Part shown: positions 27,320 to 38,835 of the stretch, piece after piece
Layout: every line of letters begins with the position of its first letter
How positions within the stretch are numbered: the first letter of the stretch is position 1
Source of the DNA: Lama glama
Taxonomy: Eukaryota
Assembly: GCA_028534125.1 (NCBI GenBank)
Contig: CM052817.1
Location: forward strand, 35,714,001-35,778,000
DNA: 64,000 bases
Reading direction: 5' to 3'
Made by a program: the position numbers and the translations under genes
Notes under the pieces: generated by a model
Told to the model about the DNA's origin: nothing
Database searches by the model: none
The model's input: the letters and a program-made list of their open reading frames with translations, nothing else

Positions 27320-27535
27320 CGCAGCTGACTGTGAAGATGAGGGAAGGGGCCACGGGCCAAAGAACACAGCTGGAAAAAGCATGGAAGTGGATTTTCCCCT
27401 AGAGCCTCCAGAAGGAAAATAGCCCTGCTGACCGTTTTAGACACTGACCTCCTGAACTTTAAGATGATGAACTTGTGTTGTTTTAAGCCACTAAATTTGT
27501 GGTGGTCTGTTACAGCAGTAATAGGAAGTGAACAG
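27320..27535 (+). mobile_element. MLT1D-like LTR 3' fragment
   Basis: ttcccctagagcctccagaagg..agccctgctgac, gttttaagccactaaatttgtggt..tgttacagcagtaatagga. Confidence 0.8.
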
Positions 27536-28017
27536 CCAGTGTATAGTGCAGTATACCCTGCACGCCCAAGCCCTTCCCTGGTCCTAAAAACGTCATGGGA
27601 AGGCCCAGAAATGTACCAAAATTCTCCATTCCACTCTCCATTGGAACATGAATTAAATCGTGCTATCAATCTGACCCAATAAATGGCTCCCTGGGGAGCA
27701 ACATGGCGATTTTGCGGCCCTTGAAGCCACATCTCTTCCAATCCACTCCTCCTTCCCCCATCTGTGTGGGCCTCTTCCGAATACTGAGCTCCTATCTGGA
27801 CCCCTACCGGTCCTGTCTTGACCAAGGCTCCAGAACCGTGACTACCCGTAACTTGTGCCAACCCAGGTCCCCCAGCCCCTCCCCAGCCCACCCTCACCCG
27901 CCACCGGCAAGGAGGGCCACACGCTGACACAGAGCAGGGTCTTAGCAAAGCAGAATAGAGACGCTAAACTCTTTCCTAAGCCACAAGGCTGAGAGCAACT
28001 TCTTAAGATCTAGTCTA

Positions 28018-28121
28018 CGACTATATGTATGGATGTGCACGACTGGGACATTGCGCTGTACGTGGGAAATTGACACGTTGTAACTGACTGTACTTCAATA
28101 AAAATTTTAAAACTTAAAAAA
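28018..28121 (+). mobile_element. Very short young L1 3' end with TSD
   Basis: gaaattgacacgttgtaactgactgtacttcaataaaaa; atctagtcta at 28008-28017 and 28122-28131. Confidence 0.85.
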
Positions 28122-28139
28122 ATCTAGTCTAGCAGAAGG

Positions 28140-28350
28140 ACATAAATAATAGCTAACGTTGCCTTGAGTGCTCCGTTTGTGTGGCGACTTTCCATGCATT
28201 ATCTTATTTAATCTTTATGGCAATGCCTATGAGGAGGTATTTTATTACCCTCATTTTACAAATGAGAAGACCGAGGCTTCACGAGCATCATTACTTTGAC
28301 TAACGCTATGCAGCTGGGGCTTGAGCCCAGGCAGTCTGACTCAGAACATC
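28140..28350 (-). mobile_element. MIR SINE
   Basis: attaccctcattttacaaatgagaagaccgaggc, ttgagcccaggcagtctgactc. Confidence 0.8.
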
Positions 28351-28869
28351 TGCAGAGACTTCTAGCCAATCATGCAGTGAGGTCTTGGGCGATGTATTTT
28401 AAGGCTACGCAATAAGAAATTATCACTTCCTCAGAGAAGGGAGTGTTAAGATGCTAAGTAGGGAGGAGGTGAGTTTTAGAGTCCCAGCTAACAGAGGTGG
28501 AGTCTAGGACAGGGACCCAGTCACAGAAAAGCAAAGAACAAAGGCAGAAGGGAAAACAGCAGAAAGTCATCTGCAATAGGACCTGGAGCAGAGTGAAGCT
28601 GCAGCCTACACTCACCTGGGAACCAGGTAAATGAAGTTCCTCCAATGTGATTGGGGGGGGGGGTGGCGTGAGAGAGCAGCAGACATTTCAGGCTTTACTA
28701 ACAAGAGAGAAGGAAGTTAATTACATCTTCATCACTGGGTTTTGTTGACTTGGGGCACAAGAGGGGCTGAAACGTTTGGTGTTTGGCCCTTTCTGCTGGC
28801 TGTGGGAAGGGGCTAGAGCTGGGCAAGGTGGGTACTGAGGTAGGTCGTGTAGTCCTGATGGGGGTGGGC

Positions 28870-29095
28870 AATGGAGCCCCTCCGCCTGGGCTGAAGTCCT
28901 ACCTTGCTGCTTGCTGGCTGTGAGACCTCGAGCACATTACTTAATCCCTCAGCCCTCAGTCTCCTGACTGCAAAATAGGGAATTAATAGAACCGACCAGA
29001 CAAAGCTTTGGAAGGATTACATGGACAGGACATGTAAAATTCTTACGACAGTGTATAATTCATAAAAAGCTTGCACAAGATATTAGCTATTATTA
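28870..29095 (+). mobile_element. MIR SINE
   Basis: gctgtgagacctcgagcacattacttaatccctcagccctcagtctcctgactgcaaaatagggaat. Confidence 0.75.
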
Positions 29096-31307
29096 TCACC
29101 TGCCCCTTGGAAGTTTCCTCTTCTCTGCCTACCCCTCCTCATTAACATGTGGAATCCCCTACATTTTAACCTTTATTTCAACTGGTATCCAGTTTTGAGC
29201 TTCATATGTGATAAAGCCCCAAACCTGTTATCTTTTAGGTGGCAGGTCAATTGTGCCCATCATATTTAGTAATTAAATCCCATTTAATTCTTTTTTGATT
29301 AGGTAAACTTTCCTCTACTTCTCAATTAGTTATACTAGTCCATGTATTTCTTTTTTCTTCTGGAATTTCTATAGTTTGCATGTTTTATCTCTGGGATATG
29401 TCCTTCAATATGTCCTTCAATCTTTTCCAGTGTGATTGTTCTAACTTTGCTCTGTGTTTTGCATTTTTCGACAACCCCCTTTTCCCAGCTGCAGCTTTTA
29501 GGATCAGGTTAATTCTCTCCCTGTACACGCAGCTCCCTCCACCCCCTACCCCCGACCCCCCAGGGTCTGCTCAGCTCAGCCATGCCCAGTTTCTATCTAT
29601 GGCAAACACCTGTGTTCACCGCCTGCCCATACATCTGGTTTAGGTAACGTGCTCCCCCAGGCTCCTCATTAACAAGGCTGAGCCTGGACAACAGAATTGA
29701 TCTGAATTCTCAGGTTTGGAAACTTGAGCCCAGGGTTTGATTGTCAAAGTGTAAACTCTTGATGGCTCTACAGTTCCTGATGGTAGCATGGGCTGGGACA
29801 TCCCTACAAGCCTGCCTTAGGGAGCGCTGGATTCTATCCTTTTTAGAATCAATGGGGGAGAAGGGTCGTTAGATGTGCAGGAGAATTTCATTCCATTTTT
29901 TAGCCTTCAAAAAAAATTCCGGATAACAATACAAATTCTCTGAAGTACACTTGTAAAGATGATTCTCTGACGTAAAATTCTTGCACTCTGCCCAGTAACA
30001 CTGGAAAAATAACACCTCCTGGATAGGAGCCTCCTTAGACATTCATGAAAATCACTCCCAGAAAACACACATACAAACCTGTGCTCGAAATTTTGCAGAG
30101 AATCTCAGGAGGGTCACATCACCCCTGAAACTGACCAGGGACTCCAAGTGAATTCCTGGTTGTCAGTTAAAGAGCATTTTCTATTTTATTATTCTCTAAT
30201 TTTTCTTATGCTTTTCTCCCAACCCAGTCACTTATACTTCCCGCCAATTTTGTAACAATTTACCCACAAACAAACATACATACATATTCGGCATCTTGAT
30301 TTCTAAACAAGTATCAATCCAAGAAATTCTTAGCATCCAATTGTAGGCTGGGCACAGGGCTTCTGGACAAGTGAATAAGAAACATTCCTTGTCCTTAAGG
30401 AGCTTGCAGTGAATCCTACTTACTAGTAGGACATACCCTCTGTGAGAAGAAAGGCATTGAGATGAGCGATATGGGTCCAGGAATAGATCCATCTTGGCTA
30501 ATAAAATGAAACTTGATTTAATGGAGAGCAGCAAGGAAAGAACAGCTTGGAAGGATGCAATTTTCGTTTTAGCCACATTGCTATTCTGACCTCACTTCGC
30601 CTTTGGTTTATGTTAAATTAAAGTTAACTTCAGCCAGCATCAATATGTTTAAAACGATTGGGGTTTTCCTCAGAGCAGAATCAATAAAAAGGCCTAATGG
30701 CTTCAGAACAAATTGATCAAAATTTCATTTCATGCCTGACATTTAAAGCAGAGCATTACAAGTAGCTTGCTTGCCAGCAAGGAAAACTTTGATGTAGAAG
30801 TGCTGTAACTTAAACTATTTTTCCAACAGTGAGCCAGGTTGAGATTTACTAAAATAATGATAATGATGATGATGATGATGATGTCAGTCCTTCATTGAGC
30901 ATATGCCAGACACCATGGTGGTTTCTCCACATGCATTATCTCTAGTCCCAGCAACAACTCTGAAAGGTAAGGACTATTACTTTATTTCACATATGAGAAA
31001 CTTCATATTAAATAATTTGCTTAAAATCACACATAAATGGACAAATGCACACAAATGTGCAATATTTGCATGAAAGACAAAAGTCACTTTGATTTATGCA
31101 CATGAATATTTTGTATTGTGCATTATAGAAAAGCTATATCTATTTCTGTTTCCCTTACTCTTGCAACTTACATTTTTATCTTTAGATATTAAATCTCTCT
31201 GTAGTATTTTCCCAAAATTCTGAGAAGTAATGGTAGATATCTGTTGTTTTTGTCTGCTCAGCTTTCACACCTCCTTCAAGTAACAGTACCTCTATCCACT
31301 TTCAGTC

Positions 31308-31807
31308 NNNNNNNNNNNNNNNNNNNNNNNNNNNNNNNNNNNNNNNNNNNNNNNNNNNNNNNNNNNNNNNNNNNNNNNNNNNNNNNNNNNNNNNNNNNNN
31401 NNNNNNNNNNNNNNNNNNNNNNNNNNNNNNNNNNNNNNNNNNNNNNNNNNNNNNNNNNNNNNNNNNNNNNNNNNNNNNNNNNNNNNNNNNNNNNNNNNNN
31501 NNNNNNNNNNNNNNNNNNNNNNNNNNNNNNNNNNNNNNNNNNNNNNNNNNNNNNNNNNNNNNNNNNNNNNNNNNNNNNNNNNNNNNNNNNNNNNNNNNNN
31601 NNNNNNNNNNNNNNNNNNNNNNNNNNNNNNNNNNNNNNNNNNNNNNNNNNNNNNNNNNNNNNNNNNNNNNNNNNNNNNNNNNNNNNNNNNNNNNNNNNNN
31701 NNNNNNNNNNNNNNNNNNNNNNNNNNNNNNNNNNNNNNNNNNNNNNNNNNNNNNNNNNNNNNNNNNNNNNNNNNNNNNNNNNNNNNNNNNNNNNNNNNNN
31801 NNNNNNN
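31308..31807. other. Assembly gap, exactly 500 N
   Basis: Direct reading. Confidence 1.
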
Positions 31808-32414
31808 TATTAAGGCCAAAGGAATGTAGTCATCTCATCCAACTCCCATATTTTCTAGATAAAAATATGAGACCCAGAGAGATTGTCATTTGTCTGAGGT
31901 CATATGCATTGTCAGAAACCTGGCCCTCACTACCACCTTAAGTCAACATGCTCTCTGTAGTGGGACCTGGAAAAGTAAAGCCAGTTCCTGGGACCTGAAT
32001 GGCTCTTTTAGCTCTTTGTCTGTCATAGATGAGTCCTGTGTAAGTGACTTGCTCTAAATGGAGTTAGTAAACCTACTTCAAAGGCTGAAATAATGAAGAT
32101 CCTCAAGACATTCCTAAATTCCTTAGGTTAATGATACCATGCAACTGGCCTTTGAAAGGAAGCACATTAACCTGCCTTGCACTTCTCCTTCTTGCTGTGC
32201 ATCAAGAACAGAGCCATCTTTCGTCCTAATTGGGGGCTGAACATCATAATTACATTCTGGGTCCTCCAACAGTCAATAGAGATTATCAGGTGCCATTAGG
32301 TCATAGATCGAATATGTCACTTTTTAGCTAAAAAAGAGAACAGGTCTCGGGGAGGGGTAGTGCTTAATAGAATGAAAGGAGACTATTGCTTTTAGTTGCA
32401 TATTTTACTTAACG

Positions 32415-33270
32415 TATTACAATGTATTGAATGTTTGTTTCCCCTCTAAGAGGCAGATGCTGAAACCCTAACCCCAAAGGGATGGTACTGAGTGGTGCCT
32501 TTGGAAAATAATTGGGTCATCCTCACAAACAAGATTAGTGCCCTAATGCAAGGGGCCCTAGAGAGCTCTCATGCCTTCTTTCCACCATGTGGGGACACAG
32601 CAAGAAGACAACTGTCTGTGAACCAGGAAGTAGGCTCTCACTAGACATCAAATATGCTGGCACCTTAATCTTGGACTTCCCAGCCTCCAGAACTATGGGA
32701 AGTAAATGTTTGTTGTCCATGCCAGCTAGTCTATGGTACAGATCTTTCTCCACTTATGATGGGATTATGTCCTGATAAACTTGTTGTAAGTTGAAAATAT
32801 CATTAAGTCAAAGCTGCATCTAATACACCTAGTCTACAGAACGTCATAGCTTAGCCTAGCCTACCTCAAATGTGCTCAGAACAGTTACATTAGCCTATTG
32901 TTGGGCAAAATCATCTAACACAAAGCATATTTTATAATAAAGTGTTGAATTTCTCATATAAATTATTGAACACTACTGAAAGTGAAAAACAGAATGGTTG
33001 TGCAGGTCCAGAATGATTGTAAGTGTATTGGCTGTTTACCCTTATGATGGTGTGGCTGTCTGGGAGCTGGGTCTCATGGCCACTGCCCAGTATTGCAGAA
33101 TATTGTACTGCATAATGCTAGCCTGGGAAAAAGGTCAAAATTCAACATCTGGAGAACAATTTCTACTGAATGCATACTGCTTTCCCACTATCTTAAGGTC
33201 AAAAAATTACAAGGTGAACCACTGTAAAATCAGGGACACTGTATTTTCGTTATGACAGCCAAAACTGCCA
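32415..33270 (+). mobile_element. MLT1A-like LTR interrupted near its 3' end by MER47
   Basis: cagcaagaagacaactgtctgtgaaccaggaag, ttggacttcccagcctccagaact; gtctatggta resumes as ttttcgttatgacagcc after the insert. Confidence 0.85.
32739..33241. mobile_element. MER47-family (Tigger-derived) non-autonomous DNA transposon
   Basis: CAG...CTG termini, TA on both flanks, core catagcttagcctagcctacct...ttgggcaaaatcatctaacacaaagc...gaaagtgaaaaacagaatggttg. Confidence 0.88.
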
Positions 33271-35111
33271 TATTGATATGGCAGTTAAGATATTGATCGT
33301 CTACGTTTTCAAAGGGAAGAACAGTGAAATCTCAGACTTGGCAGGTCATTTGGGACCTTGGTGAGGAAAGCATTGAGTGGGTTTATTAGGGATGACTTTC
33401 TAATTGGGTGAAGGCAAATCTTGTCACAGGCAAGTCCTTTAGACTCGCTCTCATATTTACTTGCTATTCCAGAAGTGTGTGTGTTTGCCACCATGGCATT
33501 GAAAATGTTAACTCTTTCTTAATTCATTTACCAGCCCTGCTGTCTCTGGAATGAAGAATAATAGCAAAAACTGCCAGTAAATGGGTTCCACTTATGTGTT
33601 AGGTACTGGGTTACCCACTTAAATAAATACATTGTCCCCATTCTCGTGATCAACATACAAGATAGATCTTATGATGCTCCCTTTGCAGCGATAAGTCTGA
33701 GAAGCCCAGAATCTTCCCAACAGGTAAGTTAAGGACAGAGATTTTCCCCCTTATGTCTCAACTGATTCAGGTGTTCTTTACAAATCCCTCTTCTCGTCTA
33801 ACTTCATTCTAGTCTACAATCTTCATCCTCTAGCTGTATTACACCTAAACTGAAGGTTTAGAATGATGTCCAGACTCCAGGAGACTGCCCCTGCTCTGGT
33901 GTGCTCGCTTTCCGTGGTTAAGGTCTCAGGAACAAAGAGGAACTGGGGAAGCCCCAGATGAGACCATTGCTTTCAGTTGTGCTTTTAACTTAAACTTTGG
34001 TCTCCATTTTCAATAGGAAATAAGGAAATACAGCGAAATCCACATTACTAGACTCTTCAACTCAGCAGGGCATGTGAGGACCCTGGTGAGAGAAGCATTT
34101 GAGTGGGTTGAAGGAGATGTTTGAGCAAAGGAAAATTTGGAGATTGAAGCTTGACACTTCTTAATCAGAATAATATTCAAATCCAAAAAAGTGGAGCAAA
34201 AATAAGTACTAACTATGGGGCAGAGTGGGAGAAGGAAACAATAAGATTAAAAAGGTTTTCGAAATACTAAGTAAGATAGAAGGAATGTAGGAGGTGATGC
34301 AGGTGATAGTGTGGTTGGCAGGGGTGGAGTTTTGGCATAATTTAAATTGTATACCTAATAAGATTTAAACGTGAGCTGGCAGAGGAGTTGTTTCTAGATC
34401 AGAACAAGGTATATACAGAGACTCAAAGGATCAGAGATTTATTACTGTCTCTTAACTTTTGTAAAATATTACGTAATTATGTTGACTCCCCCAGCAATAA
34501 AAATTGACCTACCCTTAAAATAAAAGTTAAATCTTGTCCAGAGTTATTCGACAAGCTTGTAACATTGAGATATTGCCTAAGAAGGCTTAGGCTTCATGTT
34601 TTCAGTGAGACTAATGACTGAGTTGGTTTATATATTCAATTTGTGCAAAAATAGTATTCCTGAATCCAGCTCCTTTCTCCTACTCTAGCGATGAAGTAAT
34701 CTCTCATCTTTACCTACCCCAGTAGGAGTGGCACATTTATTATCAAAGGCAATAGGTGAACCTCTTCTAAAGAACTTTATACTCTGTGTAAAAACCAACA
34801 AGAAAGCCTAGAAATGGTCACAAACAGTGAGATATTTGCTCATATTTGGAGAAGATCACACTTCACACAAGCAACAGTTACTGAGTTCAGTCAAGGATGC
34901 AAGATAGATTTGATGCAATTCCTACCCTCCAGAGGTCATATTATTCCTGACTTATGAAGAGCTCAACAATGAGGTGGCCCTTAGCATAAGTGGAGATTAA
35001 GGATGAGTTGTGGAAGAATCAATGAGAAAAGTCCATATTTAAGAAAGCAATATGTACAGAAATCTTTTCTATCCCATGAGAGAACTTTGTTGGGCATCTT
35101 TGCCTAAGTCT

Positions 35112-35266
35112 GCAGTTGGCAAACATTTTCTGTAAAGGGTAAGATGGCAAATTTTCAGGCTTTGTGGTCTGCAGTCTTTTATAGCTACTTAACTTTGCCA
35201 TAAACTTCCAATTTACAAAAATAGGTGGCAGCCGGACTTGGCCTGAGGGCTATAGACTGACCCCTG
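35112..35266. mobile_element. MER58A-like hAT-Charlie element
   Basis: ttggcaaacattttctgtaaaggg...caaaaataggtggcagccggacttggcc...gacccctg. Confidence 0.8.
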
Positions 35267-36572
35267 ATATAATCACAGTTTTCATACTGATACCATTAAT
35301 AGAGAAGGAAATAGAAAGGAAGATAGATTTCATGGGAAAAAATGAGTTGGGTATTAATAAACATTCGCTTTAATATGACAAATACTTCCTGAGCACTTAC
35401 TATAATCTAGGTGGGGTATTATGTGGAAGGGATAAGGAAATGGACAAAATATGAGCTCTGCTCTCAAGAAACTCACAGTCAATCATACAATAAGATTATT
35501 TCACGGAGCCACAACTTCAGGGAAGTCCCGTGTCCTGAAATAAGGAAGCCATGTACCTGGGCTCAGTAAAAGACCTCCATTCAAATCACTTTTGTCCACA
35601 CAACATGCTCATGGTTCAGTGAGCTGGGCTGAAAGGGGCAAGCTGGACAAGTTGCCAGTGAGTGTGGGCAAAGTGAAGATAGGAGTGCTCAACGAGTTTT
35701 GAATCATGTAGATGGAATGGTGATTTAAAAATTCAGACAGATCAAGGCTAAATTGTTATTAGCAGCTGGAGCCATGCATATTCCTTTAAGAGGAAAAGGT
35801 ATTGCCTTATGATAGGTCAGCATATCATCTACTTTAAACAGGACGAGCTCTGTGTACCAGGAACCACCATTATAGAAAGAGAAAAGGAGGCACCACTGGT
35901 GCTACCATCCAGTCTGAGCATTCACTCCGAAGTTTGCCTACATGTCAAGTTTGTCATTTTGATGAAGGAAGGGAGTGAACCAATCCCACTCCTGGAGAAA
36001 CTGGAAGAATAAGGGAAATACCATTATGATTAGCTAGCACAATGGGTTTTAGTATTTAACAAGTCTATAGACCCTTAGAAAATGTAATGAAAAATAGAAA
36101 TAAGATTCCTCCCCCCAAAACGTGTGTTTATACAAACAAAATTTTGTATATAAATCCAGAGGATAAAACATTCACTAAATCTTATCTGTGGATCCCCTAG
36201 AAGCCTGTGTACCAGAGGTTGAGAAACACTGCCTACAATAAGCCAAACGCCTTTCATAGTTATCTCAGATGGTCCTCAGACAACAGATGACAACAGTTGA
36301 CAAAGTTCCTATTATCACCATTTTAGAGAGATGAAGATAATAAGGATCACAGAGGCTGGGGAATTTGCTCAAGATCACAGGCTAGAAAGTGGTGGGGCCA
36401 AGTCTCTGAACACCCTGCTCACAAGTAAAACAGAACTCACATGTGCCTTCTTGTGGCAGCCTACCTCAAATTGTGAGAAAGCAAATGAAATCGTTCTTTT
36501 ATAAAAAACAGCTTCTATGACACTCCAACTGAAGCTTGGAAATAAGTTCTTTGGTCTTACATATTAAAAAAG

Positions 36573-37047
36573 TATGCCAGGGTGAAAAGTGTGCTCCCCG
36601 CTCCCCCAAAGATACTCATGTCCTAATCCCCAGAACCTGTGAATATGGTACCTTATGTGGCAAAAGAGGCGTTGTAGATGTGATTAAATTCATGATCTTG
36701 TGATGAGATTATCCTGGATTATGCTTGTAGGCCCAATAAAATTACAAGGGTCATAAAAAGAAGGACATAAGCAGATCAGACAGAGAAGAAACTGTGATGA
36801 TAGAAGCAGAGAGTGGAGTGATTTGACCACAAGCCAGGGAATGCCAGCAACCTCTAGAAGCTGGAAGAGTCAAGGAACAGATTCTCACAGCCTCCAGAAA
36901 GAACCAGCCTTGCCAACACCTTAATTTCAGCCCCAGAAGTCTCATTTCAGAACTCTGAAGTGCAGAACTGGAAGAAGATAAATTAGTATGATTTTAAGCC
37001 ACTAAATTTGTGGTACTTTCTTACCATGGCAAATGGAAACCAACACC
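36573..37047 (+). mobile_element. MaLR solo LTR, MLT1C/D-like
   Basis: catgtcctaatccccagaacctgtgaatatg, gagattatcctggattat, ccacaagccagggaatgccagcaacc, tttaagccactaaatttgtggta. Confidence 0.9.
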
Positions 37048-38389
37048 AAAAGTAAAACCAAGCTAAGTTATAATCAAATTTCTCTTTTTTCCCCCTGTGC
37101 TCCATGAAAGCAGGAAGTTTTATATCCTAGCACTTAGAACAGTGCTAGAAACAGAGTATATGCTCAATAAAAACACAATGAAACTATGAATGTTCATAAT
37201 GGTACCATGTGACTCCACAAAAATAGGAGAATTAAAAGTAAGCTTAGAGGAACATTTCTACGGTGAGAAAACAATGCTCAGAAATGCTGTTGGAAACTAA
37301 TATAAAAACTACTATACCTTTGCCATGTTTATACCCAAAAGATGCAGGTATGAGAGAATTATGATACAAATTATAAAGTGAGTTTTTTAATTATTCAGCC
37401 AAGTTCTCTAATATGCAAGTTTTTTTTTCTCATGTAATCTTTCTCATGTAATTTATGAATGAGACGTTCCAAACTTCAGTTCTGCTTAGAAAATAACTAT
37501 ATATTTTTCTTTTTCTGCACTTCTGATCACACCTGCTATTCTTCTTAGAACTGGGCAAGGAAAGAATTGGGGAATCATGAATCAGTTGGGGTTGCTGTGG
37601 GGAGGAAGCTGAAGATGATGATTCCTACGAGCCTTGAAGTTCATGTCCTTACCTTTCAGCATCATTAAGATAAAGGTGACTATCCTTCTTCTCTTTAAAA
37701 CAAAAGCCTTCATGTTGATCACCTATGACCCCTTTGATTTTTTAAAGTTCTTCTAATTGGGGATGGGGGGGCAAAGAGGGGTGGTGAGATATAGAATAAA
37801 GAATGAAGAAAAGAAAATAAACTCAAATATTGAATCAATAGATGCCTCTTTTCAAACCCCACCAACTAAAAGCTTTGTTAGAGTCACTGGCTGCTGGCAA
37901 TGCCTGGAATTACATCCATTAGGGTCAACACTATTAGACAGACATCATAAATGTGAAAGATTTCCAAGGACAAGAGAGAAGAGGATGGAAGAGAATAATT
38001 CCAAATCTTGTGGCTGAGCATAGCTAACTGTATTTTATGTTTGTACAAAGTACAAAGCAAATGTTCGTAGTCAATGAGCAGTCTTCCATATGCTAAGTTA
38101 GAGACCCAGGACTGCTCAAGGCCTTGGGGTCTTCCATGAGACCAGAAATCAGAGAGAAGAGAAAATCATGCAGAATGTTTCTGCAAGTCTGCAACTGGTA
38201 TACAGCATCTTTATCACAGCCCAGGGGTCAGAACTCTTTCACATGGCTACATGTGCCTAACGGCAAGGAATTCTGGGAAATTCGGTGTGGCTCTGTAAGT
38301 AGGAAACAGAGAAAACAACTTCGATAAAAATAAGTGTTCTATGTAAGCTGACCTCTGGCCACTTCTGCCAACTCGTTTCCTGGCTTTCT

Positions 38390-38835
38390 TCCCTTCATTT
38401 ACTGTGCTACAGCCTTTTTGGCCTCCTTATTAATCTTTAAATACAGTAAGTCAAGGTCTTGTCTCAGAACCTTTGTACAGGCTGTTCCTAGTATCTGAAA
38501 TGCTGTTCCCACTATATATTCACACTGCTTTCCCTCTGACTTCATTCTGCTCACAACCACCTCTTCAGAGAGGATTTCCCTGACACCTACCCCCATCTAA
38601 AATAACACCCTGTCACTCTCTAGTCCCTTACCCTGCTATTTTTTTATGTCATTCTTCACTATCTGACATTATAACATATATTTATTTGTTCATTTCATTT
38701 TTCTGTTTTTCTCATTAGAATGTGAGCTCCTGAAAGTTAGAGACCTTTGTCTGTTTTGTTAATTGCTGTATTTGCAGCACCTAGAACATTGCCCAATGTA
38801 TGATAAAACTCAGTAAGCATTTTATTGAACAAGCT
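38390..38835 (+). mobile_element. L2 LINE 3' end (L2a-like)
   Basis: tagaatgtgagctcctgaaag..gacctttgtctgttttg..gctgtatttgcagcacctagaaca. Confidence 0.85.

Noticed and set aside
27301..27948. 215-aa minus-strand ORF
   Set aside because: Runs through GC-rich DNA into an MLT1 LTR; its C-terminus is a typical antisense-MLT1 translation.
31244..31819. Long ORFs of X residues (also 47214-47915)
   Set aside because: Artefacts of N gaps.
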